From Takakia lepidozioides (Eukaryota; Plantae; Bryophyta), in the NCBI GenBank assembly GCA_030704615.1, contig CM060734.1, positions 51,398,001 to 51,462,000 on the forward strand: DNA of 64,000 nucleotides, given 5' to 3'. Position 1 is the first letter of the stretch. Each line of letters begins with the position of its first letter. Below, piece by piece: positions 1 to 13,269 of the stretch. Both the position numbers and the translations under genes were made by a program. The notes beneath the pieces were generated by a model, which made no database searches, was not told where the DNA came from, and was given only the letters and a program-made list of their open reading frames with translations.

Positions 1-198
1 GGGCTATCCCACTACAACTTCATGCATTCAGTCCCAACACTGCACAAATTTGGTAAATGCAACATTTCCTCCCCTCCTAGCCTCTCTTACTCTACTTTGT
101 TCCAGACTGTAGATTCCATGGACCTGACAGGGCAGCACCACTCCAGTCTATAATTTCACTCACCTAACCATATACAGGGTACCACGGAAATCTGACAT
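1..198 (+). repeat. Dispersed direct repeat, second copy at 8441-8558
   Basis: gggctatcccactac...ccagact(g/a)tagattccatggacctgacagggc...accacggaaatctgacat occurs at both places. The 8441 copy lacks about 80 bp. Confidence 0.85.
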
Positions 199-231
199 GC
201 GATTGCAGATTAAGTTGTCGTCAACAACATC

Positions 232-826
232 TTAAAATGCAGGGCATACTTCAATGGCTCCACCAGTTTTCATCTTTAACAATGCAAAAACAAACTGAAC
301 TATGCATGGCAATGGTGGTGCTACCTGAAGGAGACTCTGTTCAGCGCTGTCCGTCTCCAAATCCACTGCTCGCATGGTGCCTCCCACTTGTGCCTTGTCC
401 TTCAACGCCCGCAAAGACAGCGTTGTGTTGGATTGGCGCTCCCGGGTATTCACGGCCACCTGCTTTGTTACGACCTCCTGCACAGGAGTAACATCAGTGC
501 CTGGCATGCCTTCCTCCTCTCTTATAGGTGGCATTCTTTCCATCCCAACCTCACGCAAAAGGGGAAGTTCCAAAAGCTCCTCCAACTGCTTTTCCACAGA
601 CGGCTCCGCAACTCCCCTATTCTGCAACCCTTCGCCAGCAGATCCCTCCCCTTCACGGTCACTCTCCCCCTCGGAAAGATCAAGCGCCCTCCAAGTCTTC
701 CTCATTCTCTCTCTGGCTTTCAACCTCTGCCTCGCCGACGTGTAGTAAAGAGACTTCCTACGCGTCCTCTTCTTTGCACTAACAATGACGTTCTTGGGAG
801 GCTCCAGTGTGAATAGTTCGAAATGA
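232..826 (-). pseudogene. C-terminal continuation of the retrotransposon gag ORF split by the 827-6228 insertion
   Basis: Open frame HFELFTLEPPKNV...KARERMRK... joins in frame to ...PMPLPA of the 6222-7220 ORF when the insertion and one TGA are removed (CCA GCT CAT TTC). Confidence 0.7.
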
Positions 827-1264
827 CACTAACGGGACACTCATCCAACACTCCATTAGGGTCCACGAAACGGATGGATGGATGGCGGTTGGGGTTTCAT
901 CTCCGAAATCATCCGTTTAGGATTATCCCAAAAAACAGAGACGGCTCTTAATTGACTTGTTCAAATTGTGGCTGGGGGGGTTGTCTGCTGTGCAACTTGG
1001 GAATGGCCAACTGGCATGGACCATCATTGCCGGTCTGGGCCCTTTTAGTGGAACCTCTGCATGGACACCACGTACCCGTGGGTGTCAGTTGGTGTTTCAC
1101 CAACATAGAGGTCGTTATGGAATGGGCTGCGGGTTTGTCCGAGGGAAATATGTCATTGTCAGAAAATTGAACACACCCTCGTAATTCTTAATACTGCTGA
1201 GCTGTTTTTAGGGCGGCGAAACGCTGCAAGATTATCATGAGAATGATGGAAAAGAGAACATACA

Positions 1265-4200
1265 TTGTGCGAAGATAAACAGTATGAACACAGAATAGGA
1301 GTCCCCCACATTGTCCAGTGTGCTTCATCCCAGTCCATGCGTACCATGTCTCCCACCTCAGACGTGGTACCACTGTACTCCCCTCTACAAGCCGAGTACC
1401 TGAGCGCCGTGGCCGACGACAATGGCCTGGCCGTTGTTGAGGAGGATTTGATTTGCATAACATTCCGCTTTGAGCCAGGGACCGTCCATGTGGTCAGAGA
1501 GGTGTACGACAGTAGTGGGAAGGTCGAGGGAACGCAGGTTCAGAAGCCGCATAAACGGGATGGTCGAAGAGAGTGGAGAGTTCCACCCGCCAAGTACCGC
1601 GTTCATGGAGATCAGAGACGCCTTTCATCGGACACTATACTCACGCCCGGAACAGCAGCTTCGGTGGCGCAGGCGCCAAAGTCGGTCCCCATCAAGACAG
1701 AAGAAACTACCTCCACGACATTTGTCGAGCTCTCGGACAGTTCGGAAGACGATGTCACGGAGGTCCCTCTTCCTACGAACCCTCCTATACTGGTAGACCC
1801 CAATGTCCAGGAGATCATTAGTGTCATTCCCAAGTTGCAGTCGTTGAGAGGATTGCCAGGATGCAAGAGCGATGTGAGAGGCATTGTTTGGGAAACACAG
1901 CGGATCCAAAGAGCAAAATTTCTACCCCCTTACTTTAATGGAGACATCGTTTTTGAACTGCCACCTCCGACGTCATGTGGAGGTTTGGCTGGACTCATGG
2001 CGGGCATGGACAAGAAACACGATGGACACCCATGGTGTCGGACTAAAACTTCCAATATCTGTAATCCGCATGGCCTGAAGTTTCGGAGATCCATTTGCGC
2101 TGGGCACTTGCATTGTGCAAATTCGGATTGCCAGCATTTCCAGATGGCCGGTGTGGCAAATGAGACGGAGTGGGAAGGAGTCTGCGACAACCCATTTCAA
2201 GTAGGGTGTGCTCCTCCAAAGAGCAGTTCCGTCGTTTGCAAGTTTTGCAAAGTCGTGCCACAATGCATGGCGGAATGCAATGCACGGATGTACTACGTGT
2301 TGCACCGTATCAACCACGTCACACGGGCTTGTATCCATTTTGGCACCCATGCCCATCCAGTGTCGCGAGGAGATTGCAGGGAGAGTATTGAGACAGTGCG
2401 TTCGCTGCTTCAGCAAGAATTTCAAAATGCTCCCACTGCATCACCATCAACCATTGCTATGGCAGCAAGCAAAGACTTCATGCACAAACATCTGTTGGGG
2501 GAGTCAGACGAGACAACGACTAAGTTTGATAGTGCATCGCTTGACTTTGTGATGGACCATTTCTCAACATTGGCTTCTCCAAATGCTCGTTATCAAATCA
2601 ACGTCCTTAGGACTGGGACAGGCAACAAAGGATACGTAGATATCATCCTAGAATTGAAGCGCAGAAGTCGATACGACTTCATCCAGGACAGTGTTTTCCC
2701 AGGACAGGGGTTCCAAAAAGTATACTTGTTCAAGATGTCCACTGTTGCGGAGGGTTCTGGAGTTAGCTTGGTGCGTAGAATGCAGGCCGGGGGTGATCTT
2801 CATAAGTCCTAGGTAATGTTTGATCACGTGAAGCGCGTGAAGGATTGGACGACCATGGCCTGTCATGTGTATGATCCTACGTACCAGCGAGTTATGACTA
2901 TTGTTGTTTATGACATGCAGTCGGAGGACACAGAGTCCCAAATTCTTATGTGGAAGGCTCTACTTAACGTCATGAGAGTTCATGGTTTGCCAGATGCAAA
3001 TTTCACAGGGTTCATGGCAGACGGCGCACAAGCTAATTGGAATGTTGTGCGGACTGTGTTTGGCTCTGGTGACCCGAAAATACCAATGCAAGGCCGGGAA
3101 CGCACTTGCCTCTTTCATTGGACCCAGTCCCTTCGTCGGCACACAAAAAATTCCATAAAATTGGAGTTGCAAGAGGAGCACCTGTGACTATGCCGTCTAT
3201 ACAAAGATGCCACCACAGAAAGGGAAGCAAATGCCATGTTTCAGACTATCAGAGCATGGTGGTACTCCTCTGAGGCGGCGAGTCTGGAGGGGATCAAAGA
3301 GCTAGAAGACTGGTTGGGCTTTTGGCACTTCAGATACAGACAGTGGGGTGCCTTCATGACCGCTGTAAGTTAGACTCATACTACCATGATTTTCAATTCT
3401 TCTTATATATATGGGGGTGTGCACCAGCGGCCTTGTTGTCCAGTCCAGTCCAGTTGAATGTTGCTCCACATAACAGTGGCATGTGTATGGCATTTACCTG
3501 CAGAATATGTCACTGGAAGACATTACGAATATGTCATCCTGCAATCTCGCGGAGACTATTCATAGTATGTGGATGGCGCAATCCGGTAAGAACGGCCGGA
3601 ACCTTTACGTTGCAACTGCAGATGACCTTATCCGCGCTCTTTCGCAACAAACAAAGTACCGAGACTTTCTCAGGGGACGGGGTGCTGGTAAGGGGCCGGA
3701 CAGGGCAGAGTTGCTGCTCAGGGCTGCTAACAGATGCAAGCATCCTGCAAAAATGGCGCGGGCTGTTAACGAGTACACGATTGGAACACCTTTGCAGTCC
3801 AGGCTCCCACATCTGGAAGATGATGAGAGATTCGGATCATGCAAGCGCAAACTAGACACCCCTCCAGAATCGGCTGGTGACTCCCATCGGCATGATAGAG
3901 ACAATTTCTCCATACCTTGTGTGCTTGTGCCACCCAATTTCGGATGTATTTCTCCATCTGTGGATGCGGGTTCTTCTGCAGATTTCGATGCAACATATGC
4001 GACAGCTCCGGCACGGGGAGAAGGACGGATGCTGCTGCCGGTTGAGGAGACCGATTGTGGTGATGCAATGTGGCACATAGAACAGACTCCGAAAGGATCG
4101 AAAGTTAGTTGTTCTGCTATCAGGGCACTGTCTTTTGTGAAGTGCACAACTAAAATTTGCAAAGGCGCTGGCGGGACTCCAGCACCGACATTCACAGGTT

Positions 4201-4884
4201 TGTTCAAATATTACTCAGCGCGGGAGTCTAGACCTCACAAGTTCTGGTTCTGCCCCGATGACATTCAGCGTTGTGTGATGGGGACTTGTCGGGATTCAGT
4301 CATCAGCAAGCCTACCATCCCTGTCGTCTGGCCAGTCAAGATCGGAACATCTCTCTCCAAACAAGAGATAGACATGCTGGAGGATGCTGGGTTTTTGACT
4401 TCCAAGAGGCCCAACAATCCTAACACCAACATTATGTCGTGGTATGTCATCCGCATTCCGTACACGTCCACCACATGGGAACGACTGGCCAACGAAAAGG
4501 AATGGAAAACCGGTTCGTCATGTTGAGGCAGGTGCAGATAACCAGTGCAAAATTGAGTCTGCGAGAACCCTGCAGTGTCAGGTTACCCAAATTGTTAATG
4601 TCCCCCCTCGAGGCTATGGGCGGGTGTACAGTATGGTGACTTCGGGATTGGTTCTTCATGATAGGACTTATGACATTACTATTGGGAATTTTCCTAATTG
4701 CACATGCCCGGACTTCGACAACACGATAAACAGCTCCATTGGAAAGAGAGGTAAATTTGTCCCATGCAAACATCTTTACTACATCTACATTCACAGGATG
4801 TTTTGTGATCCTCAACGAGACACGTTCACCAATGCACAATGGGTCCCAGTGACGTTCAAACACTTCTGCAGAGAGATAGGGTAG
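1265..4884 (+). pseudogene. MULE-type transposase: GCM/WRKY-like Zn DNA-binding domain, DDE core, C-terminal SWIM finger; disrupted
   Basis: GCM-like segment: RRSICAGHLHC...CKFC...C...IHFGTHAHP. Core: MFDHVKR...FMADGAQA...CLFH...NLAETIH. SWIM: CTCPDF...PCKH. In-frame stops at 2810 and 3185, an in-frame GT-AG intron at 3365-3503, and a frameshift near 4440. Confidence 0.8.
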
Positions 4885-4949
4885 TTGACATCTGACGTGT
4901 TTTGTGGGAGTTCTGTATGTGTCAATGACTCCACTTTACTGAATTAATT

Positions 4950-5880
4950 TGATATGCTCCACTATCGCGAGTTCACCAATGTTTCTTAATTTGTCCACTA
5001 TTAGAATTGAGACCGTCACTCTTCATGGATCCACTTTGATGTAAACCCAAACCTTTCCCCATTTTTGGGCTTTTATGTATTTATTTTATTTTATTTTATT
5101 TTTGTCTCTTATCGTATTTGGTAAAATTCCCATGTCTAAACAAGGCATGGGATTAAGATGTCGTTGATGACATCTTAATTCGTGCTTCCTGAGCAGGATT
5201 ACAGCTCCCCCCTATGGTTCTCTCCAGCCAATCTAATTTTATATGCTCCACTATCGCGAGTTCACCAATGTTTTAATAGATCCACTAATGCAGTCAGTCT
5301 TCGTGGATCCACTTTGTTCAAGTAAACCCATCCCTTTCTCCATTTTGGGGCTTATATATATATATATTGTGATTTATCTTGTTTGGTGAAATTCCCATTT
5401 TCAAAGTGGGCAGATGATTAAGATGTCATTGACGACATCTTAATTCGTCATTCCCTGAGGAGGGTTACAACTCCCCCCTATGGTTTTTTCCAGGCCAGAT
5501 TTATTTTCTTGCAACGATTTTCATGGGTTCATTTCTCATGCTGAGCATGCGATTTAAGATGTCGTTGACAACACCTTAATGCTTGGTGCATGCGTTTACT
5601 GATCCCTCACGAGACATTCATGGATCCACTTTGTTCAAGTAAACCCAAGCCTATCTCCATTTTTGGGCTTACATATATATAGGGCAGGGGATTAAGATGT
5701 CGTTGACGACATCTTAATTCGTCATCCCTGAGCACAGTTTCAACTCCCCCTATGGTTTTTTCCAGGCCACATTTTTCTTCTTGCAACGATTTTCATGGGT
5801 TCATTTCTCATGCTGAGCATGCGATTTAAGATGTCGTTGACGACACCTTAATGCTTGGTGCATGCGCTTGCTGATCCCAC
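4950..5880. repeat. Higher-order subterminal repeat array with five 26-bp palindromes
   Basis: Variants of TTAAGATGTCGTTGACGACATCTTAA at 5153, 5418, 5554, 5692 and 5826. The intervening blocks are themselves duplicated. Confidence 0.9.
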
Positions 5881-6142
5881 AGGAGACATGCTCATACAGT
5901 CCTCCATAGTCCCCTCATCTGGACAACTTCTCATCCGTGCTTCATCCAACGTTCATCCATTACACTTTTACGTCCATCCCAAATCCATTCATCCGTGAAT
6001 GTATCATCGTGCATTCGTGCCACTTTGTCGTCATGGAGTTTGTCTGTCTTCGATCCGATGGAGCGGAGACTACGTCTTTGCAGTGAAGTTGGCGTCCACG
6101 GAAATAGGCCCACTTGTCCCCACGGTTTTGGGGTCCGCAAGC

Positions 6143-6210
6143 GAAATCTGCTCACGCTTCGGGGAATCTGCTCACGAATCCAGGAATCTGCTCACAGGTT
6201 TTGCTCACGG
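6143..6210 (+). repeat. Short subterminal direct repeats (AATCTGCTCAC x3 plus one degenerate copy)
   Basis: Seen directly, just inside the right end of the MULE-like element. Confidence 0.75.
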
Positions 6211-6228
6211 CTTTGCTGCCCTCAACAG

Positions 6229-7220
6229 TGAGCTGGCAGCGGCATAGGTGTTCGGTTTCTGGGCAATCTGACCTCATTCACATCATTCTCCCTCATCAAG
6301 GCAGTCATTTCTACCAGAACTTCATCTTCATCCTCACAATAGACTTCCACAAAGTGAGTTCCAGGAGTACTTGCACCTTCTTGCTCCATCTTTCGTTTGC
6401 ATGTACTCTCAATGTGCCCCAACATTTCGCAGAAAGAGCATCTAACTCCACACATCTTTGTCCGGTGGCCAGGCCTGTGGCATTTTCCACAAGTCATCTG
6501 CGCCCTCCCCGTAGGACATGTGGCCGCTATGTGTCCCTTTTGACCGCAATTGTTGCAGGTTCGCACGTCTCGAGTACTCATCATTCTACTCGATGAGGCT
6601 TCTCCAACTACAGGTCCCTTGGCAAAGTACCTCTGCAATGTGCTCGTGAGGTCATCAAGTCTGCTGTCCAAAGGGTTGATGTGAAAGGCGTCTTGCAGCT
6701 CTTCACCATCCAGAGGTTCAAGTGGAGTTTCACCCAACTTTCCAAGACCTCTTTCTATTTCTATTGCCATTTCCAGTGCCTCCTCTATGTCATGAAATCG
6801 CCTGCCTAACATGGCCGTCATGATTTCTGGCCTTAGCCCTCCTACAAAGCATCGGCACTGCTCAAGATCGGGAATTCCCCCTTTCAGAAACAGACGACTC
6901 AGCTTGTCAAAGTAGGCTTGAACCCTCTGCCTATTTTCCTGCTTGATCGCATCTAGCCTCATTTTTACTTCTGCCATGTCTACAGTACCAAACTTGGTTG
7001 TGATAGCAGCTTGAAAGTCAGGCCAGTTGTCTGGCCGCGGATTCTGCTTTCGAAACCACTCGTCAGTTTTAGACCTAAGGTTCAATCTAGCTACTTTGAA
7101 CATCTTACCGGGTGTCAGGTCTTGGACATCTCCAAACATTTGTATTCTGTCTACCCAATCATGCACGTCCTCATTTTCTCTACCAAAGAAGGGAGCATCA
7201 ACACCAGCAGGGCTGGTCAT
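6229..7220 (-). pseudogene. LTR-retrotransposon Gag (capsid-like region plus three CCHC zinc knuckles), interrupted
   Basis: FFGRENEDVHDWVDR...W..FQAAITTKF; knuckles CNNCGQKGHIAATC, CGKCHRPGHRTKMC, CSFCEMLGHIESTC. Confidence 0.85.
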
Positions 7221-7676
7221 GATTATCCTTCTTATAAGACTTAGGCAACTTCTTTAGACCTCAATAGTGCAGATTTCAGCAAACAGCAACGGTGACAGCC
7301 CTAATTTTGCCCCCTGTACCACTCCCACTGCCCATTTCTAAGCATCTCAACTCTTCCACCCCAAGTCACCTCCCTCGCCATGGTATTTATCTTTTCCCAT
7401 CTCCCTGTTTCTCTCACCCAAAGTGCAATGGTACTTCTGCCCCCGGCATGGATAACTCTTAGGCATAGATCACCATCATACAATCTCCACGAAGGATTGA
7501 AGAAGTAGAGCCTAGGTTCAGAATGCACATTTCCACCACGCTGGCTAAAACAGATCAAGACGTCTCTAATGGCTGGTTCGTCTGGGATCAGGGTACGATC
7601 ACGTCCAGCCATAGAGAAACATCACACACAGAGCACACAGCCTCAAACAAAAATATCTAAGTCTTCAAGACGACAA

Positions 7677-7688
7677 GCTCTGATACAA
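7677..7688 (-). promoter_or_regulatory. Possible tRNA-iMet primer-binding site of the gag element
   Basis: Minus strand TTGTATCAGAGC versus canonical TGGTATCAGAGC (1 mismatch), upstream of gag. No adjacent LTR could be delimited. Confidence 0.4.
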
Positions 7689-9755
7689 AAAGAGGGCCCC
7701 CATCTTTACCCTAACTATCTATACTGCACAGTCAGAGTTGTAACCAAATTACACACCACAACCGCCGCAGCGGAAGAGAAGACAGTCATGGCGCGCTCCC
7801 GTTGATCTCATGAAGAGTGGTGATTGCATGTGTTCATGTGATTCTCTCTGTACACAACTAATCATCCACAGCGTGAGTATGCCCGTGAGGGTTACCAAAT
7901 ACAAGCATTTGTTATGGCTGCAACACCTTTGAATTTGTTTGATCAAGCTGTGCAGTAGCTTACCCGGCCCCTCTCCTCCTCTTATCTTTTCTCCTCACTC
8001 TTATGTTCTTTCTGAGAACCATCACAGGGCTGGTTCACATTCCCTGTTTAACCATGTAGCCTAAGTGGCCTTATCATCTCTGGAGTTGATCTTATTTGTG
8101 CACTCAAGCTCACCATCTACTCTGTTTTCTTTCAGCTCACTTTGCATAGAAGAGATGATACTGACACACCCACCAGCTACCTATGGAGTCATCATGAGCT
8201 CTTAAACATTCTGCCACCATCACTAACTTTTCGGCTTCACCGTTCCCCTTTTCTTGGACTATCTCTCATCCCCAAATTGCAAGTTCCATGGACATGAATG
8301 GATATAGAACTACTCAAGCTGACTGTGGTTTGTGCAATCCAATGTGCAAGGCAGGGTATGATTACGCTCGACAGAAATCTGGTCATTTCTTTCTGTTACA
8401 ACCGCATCTCTTAAGGCCTACTTCATCTCACTCAGGCAGCGGGCTATCCCACTACTTTGCTCCAGACTATAGATTCCATGGACCTGACAGGGCAACACCA
8501 CTCCAGTCTGTAATTTCACTCACCTAACCATATACATGGTACCACGGAAATCTGACATTCCATTTGCTACAACAAAATCAAAGTTGCAATTTCTCTCTAG
8601 GGTTTCATGACAAGAACAACAAGATCTCCCGAAGCGATAGATGACACTTCAACTTCTTTACTGCCAATCAAATTCAACAGCCTGATTCAGATGAACATCC
8701 CAACAGCCACCATATTTCACCCACAACCTACTTGCCCATTGCATCCTACCTCACCCTCCAACTGGCTTTGCTCAATCCTTCACCTTCACTGCTTTCAGTC
8801 TCCCAATCACCCCAAAAACCTGCCATTCCACCTGCCTCGCAACCGCTTATATGCCTTTCTCCATCCCCTCCGGTGATGATCGCCCCGTCCCCTCTGGCAG
8901 GTTTTACAGACTGTCTTCATAACGCCGATGCTCTCCTATCTTGGCCCTTAGATTCTCTCTCAGACGCAGATCCTCCTCTGCTTTTCTAATCGAGCACTCC
9001 AGGCATCAAAGCCTCCTGCAATTTCTAGATCTGCCATCATTCCCATATCACAAACGCTGCTCACGAGATTGCATGGACCCCCTAAATGACAAATGTTTAT
9101 GCATAAAAGACTCAATGCTGCTCCACAGATTTCACAAGCCGTATCTGAATCACAGCAGTAGCTCTTCATCGCAAACCACTTTTTGATGCACATGTCTCCA
9201 CGAGCCACCTATGCTGTTATGAAACTAGGGCAGATGAATGATATCGACTACATCATCAGAGATGCACCAAAAATCTTCCCACTACACTGTCCCTGTCCTC
9301 TAGGAAGCCTATTGCCATTGGGTGGACTTGATACGGAAGTACGTAAATGTCTCTGCGACTAAATGCTGGCCTTGTGACCCCATGTCTTTGTTGTTTTGAC
9401 CAAAGCACTTTGCTTCAGGTAAGGTAGTGCATTGGTTTAGTTGGAGAGTTTGGGGCCTCTCCCTCTTTAGAATATGCGTATGCGGGCCCTTCAGATCATC
9501 ATCAGTGGTAATGCACTCACTGCCAACCCACAAGAAAATAAAGGAGGGAGGCAGGGAAGGAGGGGGTTGTAGCCTAGATTAAAGCTAGGCTTTCAGTGGA
9601 CAATGAAAAGCACTGAATTGAATTATGGCAGTTTCTATCCTCCATGAAATAGGTATCCAAGATGCAAACTTTCCTGTGGGGGTGAAACTACTGCACGTTT
9701 GTTGCAAAAGGGGTATTTGTAATGCAATGACCTGTACAAGTAATGGAAGAGTTCC

Positions 9756-11955
9756 TTATGCAGCTGATGATACAGAGGAAGACTCACTGGGCTCTGAAAC
9801 GGGAACAGGGGTGACCGAAACAGGCAAGCGACCAACCCCATCCACTATAGCTCGTAACTTTGGAGGTGGTCGGGCAGGTCGAGGTAGCAGACGGCCCTTT
9901 TTCTCAAACCATTCGGGGGTGAGTAATGCTCTTAGCCCAAGCTCATTATAGTGCACTTTTCTTACACTCCCACCTGCAGCATCAATTGCTGCCTTGGCTC
10001 GTTCTGACACTCGGCTGACCTGCAACCCCCTCTATGCATTTCAGTAACCCACTGAAGGTCCCTAATACCAGCAAAACTGCTTATCAGATATGAGCAATGA
10101 GCACTTATTTCATTTATGCTACTCTTTGAAAGATAGAAGGTGCTGCTTTAAGTGTCCTGTATTGGGCTGTGATAATCACAGTGGCTAAGATGTGGCTCTG
10201 ATTTCTTATGAGGTCAAGATGACACAATGAAATCTCTCACACATCAGAAACACACCACCATCTTACAACTTGTCCTAATAATTACATCTCACACTCAGTA
10301 GATCTGCAAGCAAACCTTGCTTGTCCAGATGTAACAAGTCATGGTCTCACCTCAATGTTAAGAGGCATAGAAAATTTCTCAGCACCTCGTCCAAGCAGCT
10401 TCACACCATCCTTTACCTTCTTCCCTACTACACCTGCATCCTGCCAACCTTTCATCCTTAAGGCTAAACAGTCAATCCTTGTAGCTAACAAATGACTAAA
10501 GGCTTCTTTGCCGTTCTTGCCTACGAAAAGACATGTAACTACTACTCCGAAAAGGAAGGCAAGGAGGACAGTAGCTAAGCTCTGCCAGGATAAAACTGAA
10601 GATGAATGCTGAGGGTCAAACTTTCAAACACTTTGGCCTGTTCAAGTTGACAGTGACTTGGAAGGACCCTACAAGCAAATTGTTCAGTCCATGATTTTGG
10701 GGCATTCTCTCAATCTGAAACACATAGCAACACCCTCATGGTATTACCACTGGGATTTCATTGCCAGTATAGCGAAGGTGTATGGAACCTTGACTTCTCC
10801 AGAGGTTGCATATTCTTAGGGTACTTTCTGACATAAAGGCATGCAGAAGAGGACAAAGATCTGAATCATCACTGATGGTGCTATTCCAGGAGATCTAGAA
10901 TCACAATTCACATTTGAAAATATACTAAGGAACATGCGTTTTATACTTGAAATGGACAACTGAGAGACAAAGTGCAAAAACCCAAAAGTTCCTGTGAGTA
11001 ATCACATTGGCTGAGTAACTCGCAGCCACCCCAAAAAGCAAGAATGACCAGGAGAAACAGAGGAGAAGGCTCATGAAGATCCTCCATCCCACCCTGAAAA
11101 AGGCCTCAAGCACGTACTTTCAAAGTCTTCATGGTGATGAGTTGAGAGGTATCAATGCGACCCTTGTTTGCCAGCTCTGCAATCGTGCTCAGGTTCACCC
11201 CCTGCACAATGCAATCTGGTCAGAAAATCCTGAAAAAGTTCAAAACATCTTTATGAGCTCCCAGAATCAGACATGGCTGCCAGTCCTTGATGCAGACCGT
11301 ACTCATTAGACTTTGCTTGCTGCAGCATTGAAGGCACAGACCCAAAGCCAAGTTGAGATGGAGCAGAAATGGGCGCAAAGGGGATGGGAGGGGAGATGAT
11401 GGGCGTCACTAGACTGGCACGAGGCTTGCCTCCATAGTGGAACTGACCAGAATACAAAGTCGATTCTGGCCTTCCAAATTGCTCTCGAAAGCTTTACACT
11501 CTAGCATCTGAAAGTGAAATCAACTCAAACTACTAGGTTGAATGAGACGTGCCTGGAAGGAACTTCCAAAGACATTGGTGAATCCCCTCTTAGGAATGCG
11601 CAAACGCAGTGGTGTTTGGCCTCCCTCAAACCCTAGGCGAGGGTTTCGACCATTACGAGCTTTCTGACCTTTATGCCCACGGCCGGCTGTCTTACCCCTA
11701 CCTAGAGCCAATGCCTCTTCCCAGCCTCGTCTTCTGATGCCTAGATCCCGGATTGTCGCGTAGTGTATTGAGTACAAGAAATCCGCCGGGGGGCAAACCC
11801 CGCTCTGTCACTCCCCCTTTTGCGTGTACCCCTAAGCTTTCAGACACTGGTCGAGCCTTTGAAGCCCCCTCAGCTGCACCGGTACTGAATGCAGTTGCAC
11901 CTTGCGCTACTGTTCGTGAAAATGCGGCCAAACTCAACTTCCCCAGCCGCTTCAT
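9756..11955 (-). CDS. RPL15: Ribosomal protein uL15, mitochondrial-type; exons 11955-11553, 11201-11118, 10440-10351, 10019-9756; 1-nt frameshift at about 11703
   Basis: Motifs [81 protein letters not shown]. Transit-peptide-like N-terminus. All introns are phase 0; intron 1 is GC-AG. Confidence 0.93.
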
Positions 11956-13269
11956 CCCTGGACTTGCTCGTCTCCCCCACCTCGCTGTAGCTCCCTATTA
12001 TTCCAAAGGAGGGCACAAGACTGTAGTTTCCTTAGTCCAGTCAATCACAAATGCACGTCTCTCTCCAACTGCGCCCACACACGCGGGTGTGTAGACCATC
12101 CCGCTCACAATCGTCTTCCTCCCACCCAGCTCCCCAAACCCTAACCCTGATAGAATTTTTCAAAACGTAATACACACTTATTTCTTTCTTTCTCTCTCTC
12201 TCTGGACGTTAAAGAACGTTTATCTTTATCTCTCTATTAGGGATTTGGGTTTCCTGGTGAGAAACAAGAGTCATTCTGGGTCCCTGCACCATGATCACAA
12301 CCGTGTATGACTTATTCTGTGCAGGCTCTTGCAACAGTTCTGCTTTAATACTGGGAAGTCTTATTTGTCCTAAAGTTTTGTGCAAGCAGCTAAGGATTGA
12401 TGATGAGTTCGATATGGAAGTGGAGAAACAAGGTTGGATAGATCCAAGTCTCGACAGACTCTTTGGAACTGATCTGAAGGCGATGGGAGTTAAGCTGCGA
12501 TCAAGGTCCAGGTAAGTTTGTGATCCACTAGATTTTTAGACTTTCAGTGCCCAGGTGATGTTGGAGCGTTTATGCTGGGCCCGCCTCGACAATCTATTTC
12601 AACCCTGCACGCGGGAGGATTAAAATCTGGGATCATTGAAGGTTTGTGATGAATCACTCTTTCTCAGCTCTGCCCGCCAAAGAGAAAGCTGGGGTTAGAG
12701 ATCTCAATCAGATCGCAATCTGTATCTCGATTCTGCACATTGCATATATGAGGATCGAGAATCGAAGTTCCTGGGCTTGATTAGGTGCCTAGGCTCGACA
12801 TTACCAGTCACGCAAGCCCTTCGCAAAGCCTTGGTGGAGGTTGCTGCTGTTGGGTACAATTTCCGTCATCAGTGTCAGATGGCTGGTATTTGCATTTGAT
12901 TTAAGGGCCAGTTTGTCAGTCTGATTGCTTGGAATCAACCTCATCCAGTGCATCAAACTGGTTAGAAACTTTCAAGTTGAAGACCCTGCCCTTGAAGACA
13001 TGCGTGCTGCCCAACCTCAGGCCGAACTCCGGCGGGCTCCGGCCAGCAATGAGGCGTGGGGCCTCATTCAATGCACTGTAATCAATGCTAAATGCATTGA
13101 TTATAAGTGTTCTTTAGGGCCAGTTTAGGCTCAGCCGTTGTCACCCCCTAGAGCGCCTCACGTAATAACCAATATCTAAGACCGCACTCCAGCCAGTCAA
13201 GGGCTGAACTTCGTTGAGATTGAATTGATGTGACACTCTATTTCCAGCACATGAATCATGGGTTTTTAC

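Larger units (their letters stand above)
827..6228 (+). mobile_element. Mutator-like (MULE-family DDE) DNA transposon with atypical ends
   Basis: Boundaries are fixed by in-frame repair of the interrupted gag. TGA flanks both sides (824-826, 6229-6231). Contains a transposase and subterminal repeats. Confidence 0.7.

Noticed and set aside
5153-5851. CRISPR-like array of palindromic repeats
   Set aside because: The spacers are 110-240 bp and are copies of each other. There are no cas genes and the context is a eukaryotic transposon.
827-6230. CACTA element (starts CACTA, ends CAGTG)
   Set aside because: No matching 3-bp TSD outside those ends, and the transposase is MULE-type, not TnpD.
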